Source: an uncultured Candidatus Rokubacteria bacterium (GTDB lineage Bacteria > Methylomirabilota > Methylomirabilia > Rokubacteriales > DASRDR01). Taken from it: a stretch of 64,000 bases of DNA. Shown here piece after piece: positions 59,140 through 64,000 of the stretch. Where the stretch lies: the NCBI GenBank assembly GCA_963805625.1, contig CAWDVE010000010.1:1024001-1088000 (forward strand). Direction: 5' to 3'. The notes under the pieces are model-generated. The model was not told where the DNA came from. It did not search any database and saw only the letters and a program-made list of their open reading frames with translations. The translations under genes were made by a program, and so were the position numbers. Position 1 is the first letter of the stretch. Each line of letters opens with the position of its first letter.

Positions 59140-60444
59140 CATCCGCTCGATGCGGGCGAGACGGCGCTTGAGCGTGGGGTGTAGGCCCATGAGTAGGCCC
59201 TCGCGCTCGGTGAACGTCCCGCGCTGGGCCCGCTGCCCGGTGGTCTCCACGATGAAAAGGTGCGCGACCCCCTCGCCGCCCGGGATCACCGCGCCGGTCT
59301 CTCCCAGGTGCTGGAGCCCGCGATAGAGCCCAGTCGGGTTGCGGGTGAGCTGGACCGCCGTCGCGTCGGCGAGGTAGCGCCGGCTCCGCCAGAGCAGGCC
59401 CACCGGTAGGCTCGCGAACAGTAGGAGGAAGCCCGTGGCGGCCGTGGCGAAGGCGAGCAGCGCGAGGAGCGGCGGGCAGATGCGGACGAGGATGCTCCCC
59501 AGCCGGCCGAAGTACTCGCGACCGAGTCCTGCCACCGGGTCGTCCCCGCCGCCCCCGGCCCCGAAGCGCTGCCGGTGCTCTCTGAGAAGCTGGATCAGCG
59601 CTCGGGCCCGTTCGGCCCGCGACTCCGGCGACTGGAATGTGCTCCGCAAGGGAAACGTGAACCACCGCCAGGCGACCCGCCGCGGAAGCCGCGCGAACGG
59701 AGCCAGGATGACGACGATCAGAAGCTCGAGCACATAGAGGAGCGAGTGAATCTGGGCCGCGCCTCGGAGATCCCCGTTCCCAATCGAGCCGATCAGATGA
59801 GCGAGGAGGCCCTCGGTCTCCTCGCGATCGAACTCGTCCAGGAGCCGCCGGCCGACGACGACGTAGCTCTCCGTCAGGTCCGTCCCGACGGCCGCGGCGT
59901 TCGCCACCTTGGCGTCGAGGAGACGCACCTCGGGTGCCGGGATCCCGGCGGCGATCGCCATCTCCTGGACCACGTTGACGAGCTGACGCTCCTCCAGGTC
60001 CCCGGCCACAGGTGGTCGGGCGCCGATCGCGAGGAGAGTGTGCCCCACCCCTGCCGCGCGCCACACCGACCGCACCGTCAGCCAGCACACGAGCGGGAGG
60101 AGGAAGCCGATCACCCAGACCGCGTCGCCGTCGCCCGGCAGGAGGCTCGGCAGCCGGCCCACGACCCCGAGCGGGGCCAGGCCCACGTCCCAGCTGGGGT
60201 GCGCGAGACCGGCTGTCGCAGGGCTCAGGAGCGCGAGCGCGCCGATGCCGAGGCAGAGCACCGCGGGAATGAAGACGAGGGCGAAGAGGACCAGGAACAC
60301 GTTGGCGACGAAGCCCACCGCGGACACGAAGCCGCACCCGCCCACGACCAGCGCGTAGGCGAGCGTCAGACGCCACGTCGCCCGGCGGTTCCGGGCCTGG
60401 AACTCGAAGAAAGGCGTGCGCTCGGTCGGGCGGGTCTCGGCCAT
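59125..60444 (-). CDS. HtpX/M48-like membrane protein with degenerate zinc site
   Basis: FFEFQARNRR, LVNVVQEMAIAAGIP, ANAAA, YLADATAVQLTRNP, HP..KR motifs; HEXXH position reads HLIGS. Confidence 0.85.
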   Translation of the reverse strand: MAETRPTERTPFFEFQARNRRATWRLTLAYALVVGGCGFVSAVGFVANVFLVLFALVFIPAVLCLGIGALALLSPATAGLAHPSWDVGLAPLGVVGRLPSLLPGDGDAVWVIGFLLPLVCWLTVRSVWRAAGVGHTLLAIGARPPVAGDLEERQLVNVVQEMAIAAGIPAPEVRLLDAKVANAAAVGTDLTESYVVVGRRLLDEFDREETEGLLAHLIGSIGNGDLRGAAQIHSLLYVLELLIVVILAPFARLPRRVAWRWFTFPLRSTFQSPESRAERARALIQLLREHRQRFGAGGGGDDPVAGLGREYFGRLGSILVRICPPLLALLAFATAATGFLLLFASLPVGLLWRSRRYLADATAVQLTRNPTGLYRGLQHLGETGAVIPGGEGVAHLFIVETTGQRAQRGTFTEREGLLMGLHPTLKRRLARIERMGVRL

Positions 60445-60491
60445 GTCCGGCTCCGCGCGATGATCGCGCCGACACCAAGGTCGCGCAAGCC

Positions 60492-60582
60492 GCCGGGGTC
60501 AGACTTTGACCTCCCGACATTTCTCACGCGCGGGCGGCGAGCGTGCGCTCGAATTGTCAGGAGGTCAAAGTCTGACCCCGGC
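60492..60582. repeat. REPIN-like element (28-bp inverted repeat, 35-bp spacer)
   Basis: GCCGGGGTCAGACTTTGACCTCCCGACA / TGTCAGGAGGTCAAAGTCTGACCCCGGC, 27/28 complementary. Confidence 0.9.
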
Positions 60583-60605
60583 ATGCTACCCTCGCGGTCA
60601 CCTCC

Positions 60606-61907
60606 ATGGACACGCCGCCGACCAGCCTTCTTGCCCGCCTTCGCGACGAGTTCCCCGACTCGTCGGGCCGGCGCCTGCGCGCCTGGCTGGTGGCCGGCCG
60701 GGTGCGCGTGGGCGGCGAGATCGTTCGCGATCCGCGGACGCCCGTGGCCGCGGCCGATCGGATCACGCTCGGCCCGGCGCCGCCTCCCGCCCTCGCCGCG
60801 CCGCTCCGCCTGGTCCACGAGGACGAGTCGCTTCTCGTCATCGAGAAGCCGGCGGGGCTCCTCACGATCGGGACCGAGCACGAGCGGGAGCGCACGGCCT
60901 ACCGCATGGTGTGGGCCTATCTCAAGGGAGCGCGCCCCTCCCGCCGGCCGTTCATCGTCCATCGGTTGGATCGGGAGACCTCGGGCCTCCTGGTCATCGC
61001 CAAGACCCCGGAATCGAAGCAATACCTCCAGGCGCAGTTCTTCTCGGGCACCGCGGAACGGCGGTACGTCGCGATCGTCGAGGGTGTGGTGATGGCGAAC
61101 GAGGGAACGCTCCGCGACATCCTCGTGGAGGAGCGCTCGCTTCGCGTCAGGCCCGCCGATCCAACCCGGCCTCCGCCGAAGGGCCGGCGCGCGCGCATCG
61201 CGATCACCCGGTACCGCGTGATCGAGCGGCGAGCGGACGTGACCCGGGTGGCGCTCCAGCTCGGCACGGGCCGGCGTCATCAGATCCGCGTCCAGCTGGC
61301 GAAGCTCGGCCACCCGGTCGTCGGCGATGGCCGTCACGGCGCGCGCCGGGATCCGCTCCGCCGCTTGTGTCTTCACGCCACGCGACTCGGCTTCCGCCAT
61401 CCCGACACCGGGGTGCCGGTCCAGTTCGACAGCGCGCCTCCCGCCGCGTTCGCCAGCCTCGGGCGACCGGCAGATCGCCCGTCGCCGCCCCCTGCCTCCC
61501 GCCCGGAACGTCATGTGCGCGATACGATCCGCCGGCCCGCACAGCCCGGGCGGCGGCCGCCGCGCGCCGGCTCGGCACCGAGGCCATCGTGGGCGGAGCG
61601 GAGCTCGCCACCTCCAGCGCCCGGCCCGGGACGTGACGCGCGCGACGCGATCCGCCGGCCCCCCCAGCCCGGGCGGCGGCCACCGCACTACGGCCCTCCG
61701 CCAAAACCATCGTCGGCAGGACGCCGGTCACCACCCCCCCCGCCCGGCCCGGAGCGTGACGCGCGCGACGTGATGCGCCGGCCCGCACAGCCCGGGCGCC
61801 ACGCGATCCGCGGCGGCCCCGGACAGCCAGGGTGGTGGCCGCCGCGCGCCGGCACGGCGCCAAAGCCATGGCCAAGGGAACGACCACCGCGCCGACCCCC
61901 GCGTTGA
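60606..61907 (+). CDS. RluA-family pseudouridine synthase with Pro/Arg-rich repeat tail
   Basis: EKPAGL, VHRLDRETSG catalytic Asp, TGRRHQIRVQ, LHA motifs. Confidence 0.92.
   Translation: MDTPPTSLLARLRDEFPDSSGRRLRAWLVAGRVRVGGEIVRDPRTPVAAADRITLGPAPPPALAAPLRLVHEDESLLVIEKPAGLLTIGTEHERERTAYRMVWAYLKGARPSRRPFIVHRLDRETSGLLVIAKTPESKQYLQAQFFSGTAERRYVAIVEGVVMANEGTLRDILVEERSLRVRPADPTRPPPKGRRARIAITRYRVIERRADVTRVALQLGTGRRHQIRVQLAKLGHPVVGDGRHGARRDPLRRLCLHATRLGFRHPDTGVPVQFDSAPPAAFASLGRPADRPSPPPASRPERHVRDTIRRPAQPGRRPPRAGSAPRPSWAERSSPPPAPGPGRDARDAIRRPPQPGRRPPHYGPPPKPSSAGRRSPPPPPGPERDARDVMRRPAQPGRHAIRGGPGQPGWWPPRAGTAPKPWPRERPPRRPPR
61501..61870 (+). repeat. Three imperfect 123-bp (41-aa) coding tandem repeats
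   Basis: Units start at 61501, 61624 and 61747: P(E/G)RxxRDxxRRPxQPG... Confidence 0.85.
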
Positions 61908-62001
61908 CCCGCCGTGGCCCCTCCGCTACGCTCGCTGTGCGAGGCGACGGCGGAGACCGCCGCCCATACTCCACGGCACCCGAACGGCAGGAGGCCCGGT
62001 C

Positions 62002-62931
62002 ATGGCACAGGCAGCAGGCGAGCGAGTTGCGTACTTCAACGGCCGAATCGTCCCCGAGCGGGACGTGCGGGTCCCGTTCCGGGATCGCGGCTTCAAGTAC
62101 GGCGACGCGGTCTTCGACACGACGCGGACCTTCGGGCACCGCATCTTCCGCCTGAAGGAGCACCTCGACCGCCTCTATCGCTCGCTCCGTTATCTCCGCA
62201 TCGACCCGGGCATCGGGCTCGAGGAGCTCAAGCGGATCACCGAGGAGGTCCTGCACAAGAACCTCCCGCTCCTCGAGCCCGACGACGACTACTGGGTGAC
62301 CCAGCGCGTGACCCGGGGGCTCGATCCCTCGGACCGCGCGACATTCGGACAGTCGGGGCCGACCGTGATCGTCGAGTGTCTGCCGCTCCCGCTGCGCGAG
62401 CGAGCCGCCCTCTACCGTGACGGCATCCGGGTCGTCGTGCCATCCGTGAGGCGTGCCGCGCCGGACAGCCTCAGCGCCCGGACCAAGACGAACAACTACC
62501 TCAACGTGGTCCTGGGTGACCTCGAGGCCAAGGCCCGTGACCCCGAGGCCTGGGCCATCCTCCTCGACGTGAACGGGAACCTCGCCGAGGGAATCGGCAG
62601 CAACGTCTTCCTCGTCCGCGACGGCGTGATCTATACGCCGCGCGAGCAGTTCGTCCTGCCCGGGATCAGCCGGGAGACAGCCATCGAGCTCGCGCGAGAG
62701 CTCGGCTACACCGTCCACGAGCGGGACATCGACCTCTTTGACGCGTACAACGCCGAGGAGGCCTTCCTCACCTCGACCAGCCTCTGCGTCTGCCCCGTGC
62801 GGAGCTTCAACGGGGTGGAGCTGGGCGGGGGCCGGGTCCCGGGGCCCGTCACCCAGCGCGTCATCGAGGCCTACTGCCGCATGGTCGACTACGACTTCGT
62901 CGCCCAGTATCTCAAGCGGCTCACGCGCTAG
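62002..62931 (+). CDS. Aminotransferase class IV (BCAT/D-amino-acid transaminase-like)
   Basis: DRGFKYGDAVFD, HLDRL, KTNNY, EGIGSN, LPGISR motifs. Confidence 0.92.
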   Translation: MAQAAGERVAYFNGRIVPERDVRVPFRDRGFKYGDAVFDTTRTFGHRIFRLKEHLDRLYRSLRYLRIDPGIGLEELKRITEEVLHKNLPLLEPDDDYWVTQRVTRGLDPSDRATFGQSGPTVIVECLPLPLRERAALYRDGIRVVVPSVRRAAPDSLSARTKTNNYLNVVLGDLEAKARDPEAWAILLDVNGNLAEGIGSNVFLVRDGVIYTPREQFVLPGISRETAIELARELGYTVHERDIDLFDAYNAEEAFLTSTSLCVCPVRSFNGVELGGGRVPGPVTQRVIEAYCRMVDYDFVAQYLKRLTR

Positions 62932-62937
62932 CCCCCC

Positions 62938-63888
62938 ATGCGGGAGCTCTATCCCGAGATCGAGCCGTACCAGCAAGGGCACCTCAAGGTCTCGCCGATC
63001 GACGAGATCTACTACGAGCAGAGCGGCAACCCGAACGGGCGCCCCATCGTCTTCGTCCATGGCGGTCCGGGGGGAGGGACGGAGGGATTCCAGCGCCGGT
63101 TCTTCGATCCGGCGACCTACCGGATCGTCCTCTTCGACCAGCGGGGGGCCGGGAAGAGCCGACCCTACGCCTCCCTCGAGGACAACACCACCTGGCACCT
63201 CGTCGGCGACATGGAGCGCCTCCGCGAGGAGCTCGGGATCGACCGCTGGGTGGTCTTCGGCGGCTCGTGGGGCAGCACGCTCGGGCTCGCCTACGCGGAG
63301 AGCCACCCGGATCGCGTGCGCGGGCTGATCCTCCGGGGGATCTTCCTCGTCCGGCCCAAGGAGATCGCGTGGTTCTACCAGGAGGGCGCGAGCTTCATCT
63401 TCCCCGACGCCTGGGCGGCGTACCTCGAGCCCATCCCGCCCGCGGAGCGAGGCGACCTCGTCGCGGCGTACTACCGGCGGCTGACGAGCCCGGACGCGTC
63501 GGTGCGCGCTCGCGCGGCGCGCGCCTGGAGCGTCTGGGAGGGCTCGACGAGCAAGCTCACCCCCGACCCGAAGCTAATCGCCCGATTCGCGGGCGACACC
63601 TTCGCGGAAGCCTTCGCGCGGATCGAGTGCCACTACTTCGCCCACGGGTCGTTCCTGCGCCACCCGGAGCAGCTGCTGGACGACGTCCAGCGGATCCGCC
63701 ACATCCCGGGTGTCATCGTCCAGGGACGGTACGACGTGGTGTGTCCCATGGTCTCGGCCTGGGAGCTCCACCAGCGCTGGCCGGAGGCGGAGTTCCACGT
63801 CGTCCCCGACGCGGGACACTCCGCCCTGGAGCCGGGAACCGTCCACCGGCTGGTGGAGGCGACCGACCGCTTCCGCACCCTGCCCTAG
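62938..63888 (+). CDS. pip: Proline iminopeptidase
   Basis: HGGPGG, FDQRG, GGSWG nucleophile, LRGIF, GRYD, AGHS motifs. Confidence 0.95.
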   Translation: MRELYPEIEPYQQGHLKVSPIDEIYYEQSGNPNGRPIVFVHGGPGGGTEGFQRRFFDPATYRIVLFDQRGAGKSRPYASLEDNTTWHLVGDMERLREELGIDRWVVFGGSWGSTLGLAYAESHPDRVRGLILRGIFLVRPKEIAWFYQEGASFIFPDAWAAYLEPIPPAERGDLVAAYYRRLTSPDASVRARAARAWSVWEGSTSKLTPDPKLIARFAGDTFAEAFARIECHYFAHGSFLRHPEQLLDDVQRIRHIPGVIVQGRYDVVCPMVSAWELHQRWPEAEFHVVPDAGHSALEPGTVHRLVEATDRFRTLP

Positions 63889-64000
63889 CCTCGTCCGGCC
63901 ATCGCAACGCCGTCGGACGGCGAGGACACCGCGTCGAGAACTTCACGCTGATGGGGGATCCCGCCTGCTGCTTCACGCTGGGGACCAACGACTTCCTGGT

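Noticed and set aside
63889-64000. Possible coding fragment (GHRVENFTLMGDPACCFTLGTNDFL) at the window edge
   Set aside because: Too short and truncated to assign

Overview
A very GC-rich bacterial window. The gene repertoire (many ABC/TTT solute-binding proteins, cyclase-STAND proteins, GGGGTCAG-type REPs) resembles Rokubacteria/Methylomirabilota, but that assignment is inference. Most of it is catabolic or housekeeping: prpB-prpD-tctCBA-glgP, ilvE, ggt, an orphan sugar-ABC/amidohydrolase catabolic block, UPF0182, MoxR-DUF58-transglutaminase, pdxY, an RluA-family enzyme and pip. The standout is a visibly lower-GC, REP-bounded island at about 50.0-59.1 kb. A near-consensus sigma70 promoter there drives a tight five-gene minus-strand operon: zinc-ribbon/class III cyclase/STAND-ATPase/TPR sensor, TfuA-type YcaO, long TfuA, cytoplasmic gluzincin peptidase, and a 176-aa protein with an (RSQEQF)n tail. 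This is a candidate sensor-coupled thioamidation (RiPP-like or conflict) system. Directly downstream, about 500 bp of phage head-module DNA sits between two ~188-bp direct repeats that duplicate the last codons of the 176-aa gene, so a DUF2190-like capsid-cement ORF ends in a copy of that C-terminus. Other observations: a probably leaderless uORF with a TM segment and C-terminal RSPP (RAPP-like arrest-peptide candidate) upstream of UPF0182; a zinc-ligand-less HtpX homologue; an RluA with 41-aa repeats; and many collapsed gene remnants. No rRNA, tRNA or CRISPR array was recognised. All family assignments come from motif recognition by eye, not database searches.
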